64,000 bases of DNA, from assembly GCA_025786725.1 (NCBI GenBank), contig JAHLTZ010000007.1, positions 758,625 to 822,624 on the forward strand, written 5' to 3'. Each line of letters opens with the position of its first letter. Positions within the stretch are counted from its first letter, which is position 1. The notes beneath the pieces are model-generated. The model was given only the letters and a program-made list of their open reading frames with translations. It was not told the origin of the DNA and made no database searches. The stretch comes from Syncephalis fuscata S228. Taxonomy: Eukaryota > Fungi > Zoopagomycota. The translations under genes were made by a program, and so were the position numbers. Positions 25,808-40,977 of this stretch are shown here, piece after piece.

Positions 25808-26434
25808 GTTGCCGGCCTATTTTCCGTATGTTGTGCTGACAATCAAATGCTATGTAAACGTTTGCTTTTCAAAAGTCCATAACCTCAGCAATATTGACGT
25901 TTGTTTAACTAATGATATGTGCGTGCCGAGACTAGCCTAGGCAAACCTTTGTGATCGTGATATGCAAAATAAATAACAAAATAACTAGGAAAATACAAGA
26001 CTTGCGTAGGCATATCATTGCGTCATCCAATGGGCTAACAAGGCGATGGTGCGCTGACGTGGCCCATGACGAAGTGAGCTGATCTGTGACTTTGTATTTC
26101 CATATTTGGATATTGCAAAAAACAAAATTAAAAGTTGCGATATTTTATATGCAACATCATTGGCTAATCATTGGCTTTATTAAATTTCTATTGTTGCAGG
26201 ATATTTATTATAAGCTAAGTATTAAAGGTGTATTTATAGACATAATCGCATTCTTGATTGCCAAAAATTACTTATAATCTGAATCTGCAAAAATAAATTT
26301 AAACAACTATTTATTATGATGGTAGCGCCGGCGCCAGAAGTCTTTATAAAATTATGCAAGTGAACAACAAATCTGACAACCAACTAGCATTACCATTATT
26401 GGTGCTGCTTAGTTTAGTAATTGCCATTATTGCT

Positions 26435-28097
26435 TTAGTATCCGCCATTATGACCATACTTTTGACCATTATTATAGCCGTGCTCATTATTTTTGCGCTC
26501 ATCTTTATGATCATCCTTGTCTTCGTTTGAATGACCTTTTTTGTGCATGTGCTTAATTGAAGACTTATGCTTTCCGTATGGATTTTTTGAGGAATCGCTT
26601 GTGCAGGGAGTAGAGCTTGGTGTAGGCGCTGAAGTGGCAGTTGGGGCTGGAGCCGGAGTAGTGTAGATATCACCACCAGCATTATCAGTACCAGTTGATG
26701 GAACTGGAGCTGGCGCAGGAGTACCATAGCTGTTACCGCCAGCATTGTCAGTACCAGTTGATGGGCTGGAGTAGTGGAAGTATTGCCACCAGCATTGTCA
26801 GTACCAGTTGATGGAACTGGAGCTGGCGCTGGAGTACCATAGCTGTTACCGCCAGCATTGTCAGTACCAGTTGATGGGGCTGGAGTAGTGGAGGTATTGC
26901 CACCAGCATTGTCAGTACCAGTTGATGGAACTGGAGCTGGAGCTGGAGTACCATAGCTGCCACCACTAGATTATCAGTACCAGTTGATGGGGCTGGAGTA
27001 GTGGAAGTATTGCCACCAGCATTGTCAGTACCAGTTGATGGAACTGGAGCTGGCGCTGGAGTACCATAGCTGTTACCGCCAGCATTATCAGTGCCAGTTG
27101 ATGGGGCTGGAGCTGGAGTACCATAGCTGTTACCGCCAGCATTGTCAGTACCAGTTGATGGGGCTGGAGTAGTGGAGGTATCACACCGCATTATCAGTAC
27201 CAGTTGATGGAACTGGAGCTGGCGCTGGAGTACCATAGCTGTTACCGCCAGCATTGTCAGTACCAGTTGATGGGGCTGGAGTAGTGGAGTATCCACCGGC
27301 ATTATTAGTACCAGTTGATGGAACTGGAGCTGGGCTGGAGTACCATAGGTGTTACCGCCAGCATTGTCAGTACAGTTGATCTGGAGTACCATAGTTACCG
27401 CAGTGCCAGTTGATGGGGCTGGAGTAGTGGAGGTATTGCCACCAGCATTATCAGTACCAGTTGATGGAACTGGAGCTGGCGCTGGAGTACCATAGCTGCC
27501 ACCACCAACATTATCAGTACCAGTTGATGGGGCTGGAGTAGTGGAAGTATTGCCACCAACATTATCAGTACCAGTTGATGGGGCTGGAGTAGTGGAAGTA
27601 TTGCCACCAGCATTGTCAGTACCAGTTGATGGAACTGGAGCTGGCGCTGGAGTACCATAGCTGTTACCGCCAGCATTATCAGTGCCAGTTGATGGGGCTG
27701 GAGTAGTGGAGTATGCCACCAGCATTATCAGTACCAGTTGATGGAACTGGAGCTGGCGCTGGAGTACTATAGCTGTTACCGCCAGCATTATCAGTGCCAG
27801 TTGATGGGGCTGGAGTAGTGGAGGTATTGCCACCAGCATTTCAGTACCAGTTGATGGAACTGGAGCTGGAGTACCATAGCCACTATTAGTACTTGGTGCT
27901 GCTCCAGCATCTGGTGTGGTAGGAGCTGGGGTAGTGCCATAACCGTTATTGGATGATGGGGCATTGCCAGATGGTGCTGGTGAATTTCCGTATCTTGTGC
28001 TATAGTGGCGTTTGGTCAAATAGCTTGGCATCGCTTCGGTAGTAGCGAGGACAGCAGCCAAAGTGGCCAACAATAAGATAGTTTTATTGAATTGCAT
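26435..28097 (-). CDS. Secreted Pro/Thr/Gly-rich tandem-repeat protein with a His/Lys-rich tail; many indels in the array
   Basis: Signal peptide MQFNKTILLLATLAAVLATTEA, a Kex2-like LTKR site, repeats PSTGTDNAGGN(SYGTPAPAPV|TSTTPA), and tail ..KHKSSIKHMHKKGHSNEDKDDHKD..GHNGGY* with TAA at 26435-26437. Confidence 0.8.
26672..27880 (-). repeat. Coding tandem array of ~63-nt and ~51-nt units sharing the core cagtaccagttgatgg
   Basis: About 20 copies of the core are visible, mostly alternating unit types. Confidence 0.95.
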
Positions 28098-28977
28098 GGT
28101 TGTTAATGTTGTTTAAACTACAAAGTAAGCGAACGAATAAATGTTTGACAAAGTGCTGCACAGCAACAGTATGTTCAAAGTACAATAAAATGTGTGTTAA
28201 TGAAAGTGTTTGACTACAAACGAAAGTGTGATGTTGATGATGATAGATGTGAATTGCCTATCGAACATACTGAATTTATAGGTAAAATTTCAAAATGTTG
28301 CTTGTAGTATGGACCTTTGGAATGGCTATTTCGCATGGGCATGCTGCATAGTTGTCACGTTGATCTACACATGATGCTCAAAACATTCTTGAGTTGTTGC
28401 ATCATTGTAACACGGGCCTTGCCGTGCTAGCGACAATACCTGAAACAATCAGCCTTTTCAAGGATTTGCAAAAATGACCCCTGTCAAGAAAATATGCGTT
28501 ATTGTTAGAGGTTGGTTTTAGTTAGTAACTCAGTATAATTTGCAGCACGGTCTTTAAAATTACAGTGTCATTTCTAGTTTTTTATTGCTATTACCGAATA
28601 TGGTAGTGTAAATCATCTAGCTATTTACACACTTAAGCTTTAACTGTGTATATTTTCTTCTACATTTAAGCACACGCATGTTTAATGATCGTTGCATTTA
28701 ATTGATTATGTATTATTATTATTCACTGTATACACTATTCAAATTGACCACCATATAGCATCTTTGCCATACACTTTTCCAAAGGTCGGATCATATCTTG
28801 GCTCCTACACCGATGCACAAAAAGATCGTATCCATACACGGAGTAAACAACATGTTTTAGATTAACAGCGTACATCCGAATAAGCTTATTGAACAAGCAT
28901 TAGCTGCTTAAGTGACTGCAAACTGTTATCCGATTTTAACAACTATAGCATAGCCTATTTTTACACACATACACAAT

Positions 28978-31625
28978 GCTAAGAAAGTAAGAAACGACGT
29001 CGTTGTTTCTCATTCTTCTGCATCCTCAAACCACCCATGCATTATCAACATGCATGTACGCATGCACAGCTTGACTGCGTGTTTATTTCGTTTCTTCTAT
29101 TGTGCTATTTATGTATGTAGTTCCACGCGAATCAAGACATATGGATTTTATTTTTCCAGGCGAGTTTGGCAGTATACGCGCCAACACAGAAACATTACCA
29201 GATGCTAGCGATGATGAATTCCAGGCAAGTCTAAACATAATTGCTAGCAACTGCCAGTGTCAAGATATCCAGTACATACTAATTTGATGTTGGTAAACGT
29301 TCATATATAGATGGAGCCTTTGCGTATTTCACTTGTGCAGTTTCCACAGCATTTGCTGACTGGTCTACAAGAAATTGTAGCCACCTACCGTGCACGTGTA
29401 CAGTTTGAACAGCCTGAATGGTCACAGCCCAATAGTACATTGGCCACCATGCGTATGGATGCCGATACCATGATCTATCCTATGACGATGGACACTAAGT
29501 TTAAAACTGACACAGAAATGGCGCCAGCAGCACCAACTACACATGCGTTATGGCGCGTAGCGTTTAGGCATGATTCAAGTCTTGGCTCAGGACTAGTATG
29601 TCGATGCAACAACTTTGCCAATGAACGAGGCAAAGAAATCATACTTGCCTATGGACAGATTGTTCAAGCTTTTCGTGGATTAGGCCGCTTAATGACGGCA
29701 GCCGAGGCAGCGGCACGTCCCAACTTTAATGCTGAATCATAGTTGAATTTTGATGAACACCTTCAGTTCGATACACTGTGCTTTATGCTGGAGTGTTGTA
29801 ATAACTAAACTTGAAATAGAAGGGAAAATACTATATTTTTATTTAATTAGAACTAATGCAATATATAAAGTAAAATTGGCTACATTCAATCTAACTACAA
29901 CCACACTATTCATTTAATAATATTTAATATATCGAATATGAAATTGAATGGTGAATAATATTAAAGTATAAAATACTCATCATCGTAGATTTATTATTTA
30001 GTATGTATATTCAATATGCGCATATTAATCTCATTGTATACTCATACTATTATATATTATATTGCTGGAAAACTATCAGTACATACTGACTGTGGTGGCT
30101 ATATACTGCCAAAATAGCTTTATACTTTGTTTTGCTATAGATTGCAACTGTAGATCGTTTTGGTAATAGCTTATACAGTCTCGACAATAACAGATCGTAC
30201 TGCCACTGTTAAGATTGCAAAGTTACTACTAGATAAATTGTAATAATGGTGCGTAGGAAAAATAAAACATATAACGAAATTTAACAACATATACTCAAAA
30301 TAACATACAAATAAGCCCGAAATGGATTTACTATACCAATACAAGTGCCAATACTAATGATCAAAGTAATGAAAGCGATTTGTAAAAAAGATAAGATTAC
30401 AAAAAAGCAATGCAAAAATACAGTATAGAAGGTGCTTGTACCTAACTAATAGCCAGCCAACTGCTGACACTATCTAATTAGTATATATAGAGTGTACAAG
30501 TATATGCTATGGATATATGTTATCAAGTGTGAAGAAAGAGAAAGGGAAATGTGATGACGTAGATTGTATGCTATGTTGTTAATATGAGTGAATTAAAATG
30601 ATATTAAAAAATACGTCATTTGAAACAAAAACTACTCATTATCATAAAACGTGTTGTCCGTAAATAGCGAGTATAATAATATAATTAATAGCAATGAATG
30701 AAAATCAATCCACCAAAGTAAAAGTATAATCATGGGACATGTTATTAATGCAATAGCGAATATATTGGAAATTAAAAGGATGAATAAAGACACGTCATTA
30801 TTACCCACACTCACGCACAACACTTAAGAAAGTAACATTGTTTCTCATTCTTCTGCATCCTTAGCGCATGCACTATTAATACGCTACGTACACATATAGT
30901 CTGATTGCGTATTTACTTCTCTTCTTCTACCGTGTTATTTCTATCTTTAATTCCACGCGAATCAAATAATATGGATTTTATTTTTCCAGGCGAGTTTGGC
31001 AGTATACGCGCCAACACAGAAACATTACCAGATGCTAGCGATGATGAATTCCAGGCAAGTCTAAACATAATTGCTAGCAACTGCCAGTGTCAAGATATCC
31101 AGTACATACTAATTTGATGTTGGTAAACGTTCATATATAGATGGAGCCTTTGCGTATTTCACTTGTGCAGTTTCCACAGCATTTGCTGACTGGTCTACAA
31201 GAAATTGTAGCCACCTACCGTGCACGTGTACAGTTTGAACAGCCTGAATGGTCACAGCCCAATAGTACATTGGCCACCATGCGTATGGATGCCGATACCA
31301 TGATCTATCCTATGACGATGGACACTAAGTTTAAAACTGACACAGAAATGGCGCCAGCAGCACCAACTACACATGCGTTATGGCGCGTAGCGTTTAGGCA
31401 TGATTCAAGTCTTGGCTCAGGACTAGTATGTCGATGCAACAACTTTGCCAATGAACGAGGCAAAGAAATCATACTTGCCTATGGACAGATTGTTCAAGCT
31501 TTTCGTGGATTAGGCCGCTTAATGACGGCAGCCGAGGCAGCGGCACGTCCCAACTTTAATGCTGAATCACAGTTGAATTTTGATGAACACCTTCAGTTCG
31601 ATACACTGTGCTTTATGCTGGAGTG
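28978..31625 (+). repeat. Direct repeat pair ~28978-29795 and ~30822-31625 (offset 1830 in the coding part)
   Basis: 655 bp with one mismatch from the ATG onward; about 160 bp of diverged upstream homology (taagaaagtaa..ttgtttctcattcttctgcatcct..ttccacgcgaatcaa). Confidence 0.95.
29141..29795 (+). pseudogene. Truncated 5' duplicate of the downstream GH20 gene, with a premature TAG at 29740-29742
   Basis: Identical to 30971-31625 including the intron, except CAG>TAG at 29740; homology ends abruptly after ctggagtg. Confidence 0.9.
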
Positions 31626-33663
31626 CAGTCGTAATGCAGTTATGCGATTAGAAAATCTGAAGCAACTACTGCGTATCAGTGCACTTCTTGGTCTTAACTC
31701 GATTATGCTGTATACCGAGGACACTTACCAAGTAATTAAATCGTGCGTTTTAATGCATCCAAAAATAACAAGCATATTTATATGAGCAGATACCCGACGA
31801 GCCATTCTTTGGCTATCTACGTGGACCGTACACACCTTCGGATCTACAGCAGTTCCATGCATATGCCACACAATTTGGCATTGAAGTTATTCCGTGTATC
31901 CAGACGCTAGGCCATCTGGGACAGATTCTTCAATGGCCTCGATTTGCTTCACTTCGAGATACGTCCGAAGTCATTTTGGCTCATGCAAACGAGACGTATG
32001 CCCTTATTGACAAAATGATTACAACTGCTTCTGCAAGCGGCCCCACTCGACGTATTCACATTGGTATGGATGAAGTAAGTTGCTAGCTAGGACGGTTGTT
32101 GTATTGTATATTTCAGTGCTGTATTAATTAAGCATCCGTATGTTACTTTTAATAGTCTATTGGTGTAGGTGAAGGCCGTCATCGACTATTGTTTGGCGAC
32201 ATGGATCCAAAGCGTATTTTTGCCGATCATTTGGAACGTGTGACTGAAATATGCGTATCCAAAGGCATGGCGCCATTAATTTGGTCGGATATGTTATTTA
32301 CACTTGCTACGCCACAAACGTCAAATCCACTAGCAGGAGCGCCTAGTGGTGATGAAGTCTATTCAGCAGCAGAAGATGCTATTCTTAAGTCTGGTCAAGT
32401 AGCACATACACCTACTATTCCCAACAATGTTCAATTAGTCTATTGGGACTATTATCACACTAATACTGATGACTATCGTCGTCGTATTCAAGAGCACCGT
32501 GGCCTTAGCAATGGCCGTGTGCCATGGGTGGCTACTGGTATATGGAACTGGAATCGACTGTGGACGTCGCTTGACTTTACCATGAAAAGCATAGATGCTT
32601 GTATGTCAGCATGTCGGATGGAAGGCGTTCGTGATGTTATTGTCACTACATGGGGTGATGATGGCAATGAATGTGATACGTAAGTTACTAAAGCAGTACA
32701 ATATAGCTGCAATTCTAATATTGATTTACAACAGATTGGCCATTTTGCCTGGCCTGCATTATTTTGCAGAACAAGGCTATAGCAACACAAGTCAAATTGA
32801 TATGAAGAGGCTAAAGAACGGCTTTTCAGCCATATCAGGCGGTTCGTTTGATGACTGGCTAGAGGCTAGCAAAGTAAGTACTTGATTATACTAAACTGCA
32901 ATATACTAATTGAATACCTTCTTTGTTACTTGCAAGTTGGATCAACTGGAACTGACGTCAAATGATCAAGAGAAGATTGGAGGTGCGCAGAACCCAGGTA
33001 ATATGGGCAAATGGCTACTATGGGAGGATCCGATTTACAGGTAAGTAGTTAGTCCTATTCATATACAATGACATTAGCGTACTAATATATACATACATAA
33101 TAATATTTAGTATGTATTCACCACAACACGAAATGCTTAACCTATCGGATCACTATCGACGATTGGCAGATCGATTGGGCTATGTGTCGAAACGATCCAA
33201 ATATCCATCGAATTCACGTCTTGCATTCCCTGCGGCAATTGCGCGCGTGCTTCGTTACAAGGTAGATATACGCCGTCGTCTAGTAGAAGCATACCAGCAA
33301 GCTTTGCATAATCCGGGCCACGGTCGAGCACAACTAATGACGGTTATAGAGTCACGGCTACGCCCACTACGACATGCCGTTGACCAGCTATGGCGCTATC
33401 ATCGCACAATGTGGCATGAGTTAAACCGTGCATTTGGATTTGAAGTAATGGAGCTGCGATATGGAACGCTGCGCACTCGATTAGAAAGTCTTGAAGAGCG
33501 GCTAATGCAGTATATTCAAGCTGGTGCCGGCCAGTGTGCACCAAGTTTGCGGATAGAAGAGCTAGAGGTACCGCTTGAACAGATATATGGTGGTCCAGTT
33601 AAACACGTATCGCTGTACTATTCTAAACTTGTTTCTCCAAGTCGAAACTTGGGTACTGGCTAA
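30971..33663 (+). CDS. Intracellular GH20 beta-N-acetylhexosaminidase, GcnA/HEXDC-like, multi-exon
   Basis: Motifs MLECSRNAV, MLYTEDTY, PFFGYLRGPYT, IPCIQTLGHL, catalytic RIHIGMDE, IWSDML, LVYWDYY and TTWGDDGNE; no signal peptide. Confidence 0.9.
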
Positions 33664-33770
33664 TAGACCAACGTATATCTTACAGTTTAATAAATTATAG
33701 TAAACTTAAAAATAGTTGACAAGCTAATGTTTTTATTTAATATATATCGACAAACTAACAATGGCTATAG

Positions 33771-35226
<1,456 letters not shown>

Positions 35227-35351
35227 TCTATATTGATTAGTTTCTTTTTGTAAATAGGACAAAGTAAAAATAAACTATCTACGTTGACGGTTATTCACTC
35301 GTAAATAAAATAAAAGCAAATAAAAATATTGATAAAGTAATTGTTCTTTAA

Positions 35352-37227
35352 TTAATGAGCCGAGGCCATCAATGCTTCAATTTCATTAATTTCTTTGGGC
35401 ACTTTAGTCAAATTTTCATGGCCATCGGCTGTCACCACAACACAGTCCTCGATACGAACACCGCCTACTGGACGGAAACAGGCCACTACTTCAGGATTCA
35501 AGTAGCACGCTTTCTTTGGATCCTCTAATTAAATAGCAAATACGTTAATCAGCTGCTATAATAAATTGAAACTACTAGTACTAACCAAGTGCCTCATCCA
35601 AAAGCGTATCAACAAAATAGCAGCCTGGTTCAACGGTGACCACCATGCCTTCTTCAAGCTTACGACGCATGCGCAAATAGCGGAGACCCGGCTCAGGAAT
35701 ACGAGGCACGCCCTAAACAAGCATTGATATTGTTAAGCTATTAGTAGTCATTGCAATAAAATTAAAATTACCTTTGGATAGCCACCAACATCATGAACAT
35801 CAAGCCCAATTAAATGACCAAGTCCGTGTGGGAAAAAGACGGCACCCATATGCTGTTCAACCAATTCGTCGACTGATCCCTTTAAGATACGTGCTGCTAC
35901 TAGACCTTCTACGCAGATACGGTTGGCCAATCGATGAAGATCTTCCCAGTTGACACCAGGCTTGATCTTTTCAAGAACAGCCTACAAATCATATGTCGTA
36001 ATAATTAATAATTAATAATTAGTTAATCATTAAACTAATATTGCATAGCCAGTTACCTTTTGCATACTAAGCACAATTTCATAAAGAATACGAGCTTCAC
36101 CGGTAAATTTGCCACCAACAGGCCAGGTACGTGTAATATCAGCGGCATAGCAGTTGTATTCACCACCAGCATCAATCAACACTAGTTCATTTGGCTGCTG
36201 TGGAAGTGTAGCATTGTTAAGGCCATAATGAAGCACTGCCGAGTTCTTTCCACCACCGACAATTGAGTGGTAGGCCAGCTGGTTACATCTGATTCATTAA
36301 AGAATCAGTATTTGGTATTGACTAATAAATATCAATATTGTACTATTTGTATTGCACTTACCCCTGGCGTGTTACCTCGTAGGTAAAAAGTGCGTCCAAT
36401 TCACGCTCGCTACCACCCACACGGGCATGCTGCATCAGCTTGACATGAGCATCACTGCTAATCTGATTAGCCGTACGCATCAACGCCAGTTCATGTGTAT
36501 CTTTAATCATACGGGCAGCAGTCAGTCCATCAGCCAACACTTCAGTGTTAACCGTCAATTTCTGTGGCCAATGGGGACCAAGTGCTGTTAGCTTTTGGTG
36601 TGGTAGCGCTAGCAGTGTCTTGGGCTTCCAGTGGTCAAGTATAGCCGGTATTTCATCGGCATAGCGGATCTCTTCGGCATCGTAGCGGCTAGCTAGCTCA
36701 TTGATACTTGGAGGCTGACCATGCCACACAACTTCATCGGCTGGCATGCGAGTAGGCAACAGAATAAGCCGCTCATGGCCTAGATGGTAAAGCAAGTGGA
36801 ACTCGGGCAGCTCCACGCCGGATAAATAGTAAAAGTTGGATTCTTGTCGGAAATGCTGCTCGGTATCGGTGTCGTGGCGGCAACTAGGACAGTCGCCGTG
36901 TAGATAGATAACGGTATCTTCACGGGAAACACCGGCAGCAACAAGCGCTGAGGCAACTTTGGCAGCGTGTGCTCTGGCAGGATATTTACCAACGGCAGAC
37001 ATGGTGGTGGAATAAAACAGGCGCTGTGAGGATTGAAAGCACGGATAGTAAAGTCGTTTTAATGGTTTAAAGGAGCGTAGAGACGCAATAGACACAATGT
37101 TGGAGTTTGTGGTAATAGTAGTAGTAGTAGTTATAGAGATGGCTCTTGAAGAAGCTTTAACAAATGAACCAAGGCGGCAAACGTTCGAACGATAAAGAAA
37201 GGCGGTAGTGACGTGGTGACGAAACAT
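35352..37227 (-). CDS. PEPD: Xaa-Pro dipeptidase (prolidase, peptidase M24B)
   Basis: [60 protein letters not shown] and GGVRIED motifs. Confidence 0.93.
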
Positions 37228-37772
37228 GGATTCTCAAATTCGCTATATTTCCCACCGTTAGCTATAAATATCTATGTAGATATATTTAAAACCAATTAAT
37301 AATTATTGTGGTGTAACAGTACTATAGTATTCATACAGCCTGTATGATTTATTGTACTGAATAAAAGACAGCAATTATAAATAGATGAATTGATAAAATA
37401 TTAGTGTTTATTACCGATAGATAATCAAATAGTTTTACAAGTACTTAAATATATGAAAAGTATAGATGTACTGCAACAAATTTTCAATGGGCTTTAACAA
37501 TTAAATAGTATACCTCAGTGTTATACAGTGTAACCATTGACGTATAATGAACAATAGACAATATTTCTACATATTGCTACAATAGATAGGGTGTAATAAT
37601 GCCTATAGTGTCCAATACAAGTCAAGTAAATCCATGAGAAATTTTGGGTAAAAGTGTTAATAAAATGATAATAATAGAATAACATAACAAAAAATAAAAA
37701 TACACTGATGATAACACAGCCTTTTTATTTTGCAATCAATTTAACGCATCTTACTACTATTTACTTGTCGCA

Positions 37773-40700
37773 ATGAAAAAGAAGGAAAGGCCGGCCAAGA
37801 GTTCAAAGAAAGCAAAGTCAAGTAGAAAACATGGTAGATTATAATTAATATTAGAGTGTGCATTACAGACAAGTAACACTGCGTCTTTAGATAGCGACAG
37901 CGACCAAAGTGATCTTGGCAGCTGGATGAATGTAGAATTACAAAAAGAACAGACAAATGAATTGAATAGAAAGCAGGAGGAGGACGCTATGAATGAAGTA
38001 GAAGAGGGAATACAAGGGAATAAGTCAAGTATTAAGAAATGCCAGCATATTAAATCGGTTAAAAGTAGAAAGTTTTTGGATCAAATCAAGCATCTTAAAT
38101 CGTTAGTTTGTGCAGTAAGTGTTGTAATTATAGTTTGTTGTAATATTGAGCGTTAACAACAGAATAGACATGTAATAAGCTAGAGGGTAATCTAAATGAT
38201 TTATGGATATGTTGTATATGTACAAAGTGTTATTGTAGCAAGCAGCTCAATGGGCATGATAATGAACACGCACAAGAATACAAACACTCATTAATGATTA
38301 ATGTTGGCACTGGTGATTGTTGGTATGTAGTAATAAATAATAATTTGATGGCTATACTAACAATTAATCAACATGAATTGCTTTAGGTGTTTTGAATGTA
38401 ATGGTGCATTGCCTATAGCTGATAGACGTATGAGAGTTGTTAGTGAATGGAGTGCATCGACACTTAAACGAGTACGGAAAATGACAGATAAGAGTGTATC
38501 GAGTGAAATAGTAAAAGGTTAAAGACAAACTATGGTTGTTAATATATAATTGCTAATACTGAAATTAGGTGGCAACCCGAAAAGAGCATTCCATCAGCGT
38601 AATGCGCCGTATAAAAAGCAGCAATTGGGCGTGCACGGTCTGCGTAATCTTGGTAACACCTGCTTTTTCAACTCTTCGATGCAAGCACTCTCAGTTAGCA
38701 ATCCATTACAGCAAGCTCTTGAAGCACGTCCACCAACAAGTTTAAAGGATGGCAGCTCTCCATTGATGATTGCTTTTATTAAATTGCAGAATAAAATGCG
38801 AGATGGTTCTAGTGATTTAATCGTTCCATCAGAACTACATAGTGCTATATGTAGGAGATGGCGGCAATTTAAAGGATTCCGGCAACATGATGCACATGAA
38901 CTATTACGCTGTTTATTAGATGGGCTAAGGGAAGATGAATTAAAGGTAATCACAAATGGCTACTACGTGTTTATTAATACTAATCGATGGTGAATTATAT
39001 TTGATAATTACTAATAGTCAATTCGTCATTCTAAAGAAGACGACAAAGAGAAGGAGAGAGAAGATAAAGAGAAGTTAAAGGAAGATCCAGTTACATTTGT
39101 AGATCAAAGCTTTGGTGGCAAGTTGGCAAGTATTGTAATGTGTGAAACGTGCAAAACGGTGAGTAGTACACAAAATACATAGAAACAATAGTACTAACAA
39201 TAATGTTAATGATAATAATGACAGTGCTCCTACGCCTACGAGAATGTACTCGATGTAGCAGTGCCTATTAGCGATAATTTAAAAGTAAATAACATAGAAT
39301 TACTTTGACCGTTATAACTAACTAATATTTAAAATAGAAGTTGAAAAGCGAAAAAGAGGTACCGGTATTGGACAAAAAATCTAAACACCAGTGTAAAGTG
39401 CGTATAAATAACTATATATATAAAAGTGTATTAATGATTGTAAATAATTAATATAGATGGAGAGTAAAAGAAAGATAGTAAAGCCTAACCGTCGTAATAA
39501 AAAAGAATCGAAAAGAAAGACGCTAAAAGAAGAAGAGGAAGAAGACGAGCCTGAACCAGAACCAGAAATAGTAGTAAAAGAACCAGTAGTAGAAGGACCA
39601 GTAGTAGAAGAAAAGAAAGATAGTGAAATCAAAATTGAAGTTGTCGATGATGATGAACTGGTTCCAATTCAGAAACAAATGGAGAATATTAATTTAGAAG
39701 ATGCAGTGTGTGAGAAAGAGAAAGAAGAGGAAAAGGAAGAAAATGAAAAGAAAGCCGGATTCGAGGTAGTTGTCGATGATAAAGTATCTGAACTACAACA
39801 GCATATGAAGAATGTTACATTAGAAGGAACAACGGAAAAAGTGGAAACTATTGAGCAAATAGATAATGCCGATTTAGATTATGATATGAATGTAGGACAG
39901 GGCATGGAGGATCATCAACAGCTGGAAGAGGAGAAGCCGGTAGAAGAGAACCAGTCAAATAATAGTAATTCACTCATTCCGCCTCCATCATTGGAGCAGC
40001 AGCGGCTTATTACACGTCTGTTTAGCAATCAGATGCATAATAATTCGGCAGCAAGTAGTGTATCTATTACAACATGCTTAGCAGACTTTACACAAACAGA
40101 ACTGTTAAGAGAAGATAATCAATTTGCCTGTGAGACATGTTGGAGATTGTTAAATCCAGATGCACAAGCAGAGGAAGAGGAGGAGGAAGAGAAGAAAGAT
40201 GAAGACGATCAACTGCAAGAGAATGAAGAAGAGGGCAATATGGACAAGGAGAAATATATAGAGTCAGAAAAAGATGAAAATACAAGTGAATCAACATTAT
40301 CCACTGAATCTGTAAAGAATAATAGCAGTACGTTGGATGAAAATTTAAGTGAAGATGAAAAAACGGTGGATAGTGCAAACGAGAGTGATCAATCAGATAT
40401 ATTAACTGATGCATTGGGCAATTACATTCCAGCCAAGCCCAAAATAACAGCAGCCCAGTCATCAGCCAATACGGCAAAAAAAGCGGCACCACGTTATGTA
40501 TTACGTGATGCACGCAAGCGTCTATTGATTTGTCATCCGGCACCTCGTATGCTAATGATTCAACTTAAACGATTTGAACAAACCATACGAGGTCGTACAC
40601 GTAAAATTGAACGACATGTTGATTTGGATGCTGAACTAGATTTGACACCATTTATGGTAGCACCAGCACCATCACCACCGAATAACAATAACGAGACACA

Positions 40701-40977
40701 AGCAGTTGCTGAACACAAGACTGAGACAGCGGCTATTCGCTATCGATTGGTGGCGGTCATTGAGCAATCAGGAGGTTTGGTGGGTGGACATTACGTGGCG
40801 TATGTATTAACAAAGTGTGCTCGGCAAGCAGCATGTGATGATAATGATACAAAAGCATTGGATAGCGCCGATGATCGGTCATGGGTCTATTGTAGCGATG
40901 GCCAAACAAGGCCATCATCATGGGAGGAGGTAGTACGCAGTCAAGCGTATATAGCATTCTATGAGAGTATTGCATAA
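37773..40977 (+). CDS. Ubiquitin carboxyl-terminal hydrolase with N-terminal zf-UBP (USP16/45-like)
   Basis: Cys box GLRNLGNTCFFNSSMQAL, QHDAHELL, QLKRF and His box GGHYVAYV..SD; Cys/His-rich N-terminal exons; acidic insert. Confidence 0.9.

Noticed and set aside
25890-26075. Cluster of TGACG (ATF/CREB-like) half-sites upstream of the ABCC gene
   Set aside because: Short motifs cannot be distinguished from chance without conservation data.
26344-27676. Leu/Gln-rich ORFs (MLAVTAMVLQRQLQFHQ..)
   Set aside because: Alternative-frame readings of the repeat array produced by indels.
29740-29742. CpA>TpA change in the duplicate as evidence of RIP
   Set aside because: One transition in 655 bp is not a RIP signature.
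30140-30243. Possible additional terminal-exon fragment (..TVKIAKLLLDKL*) between the GH20 copies
   Set aside because: No recognisable homology, and it needs a frameshift.
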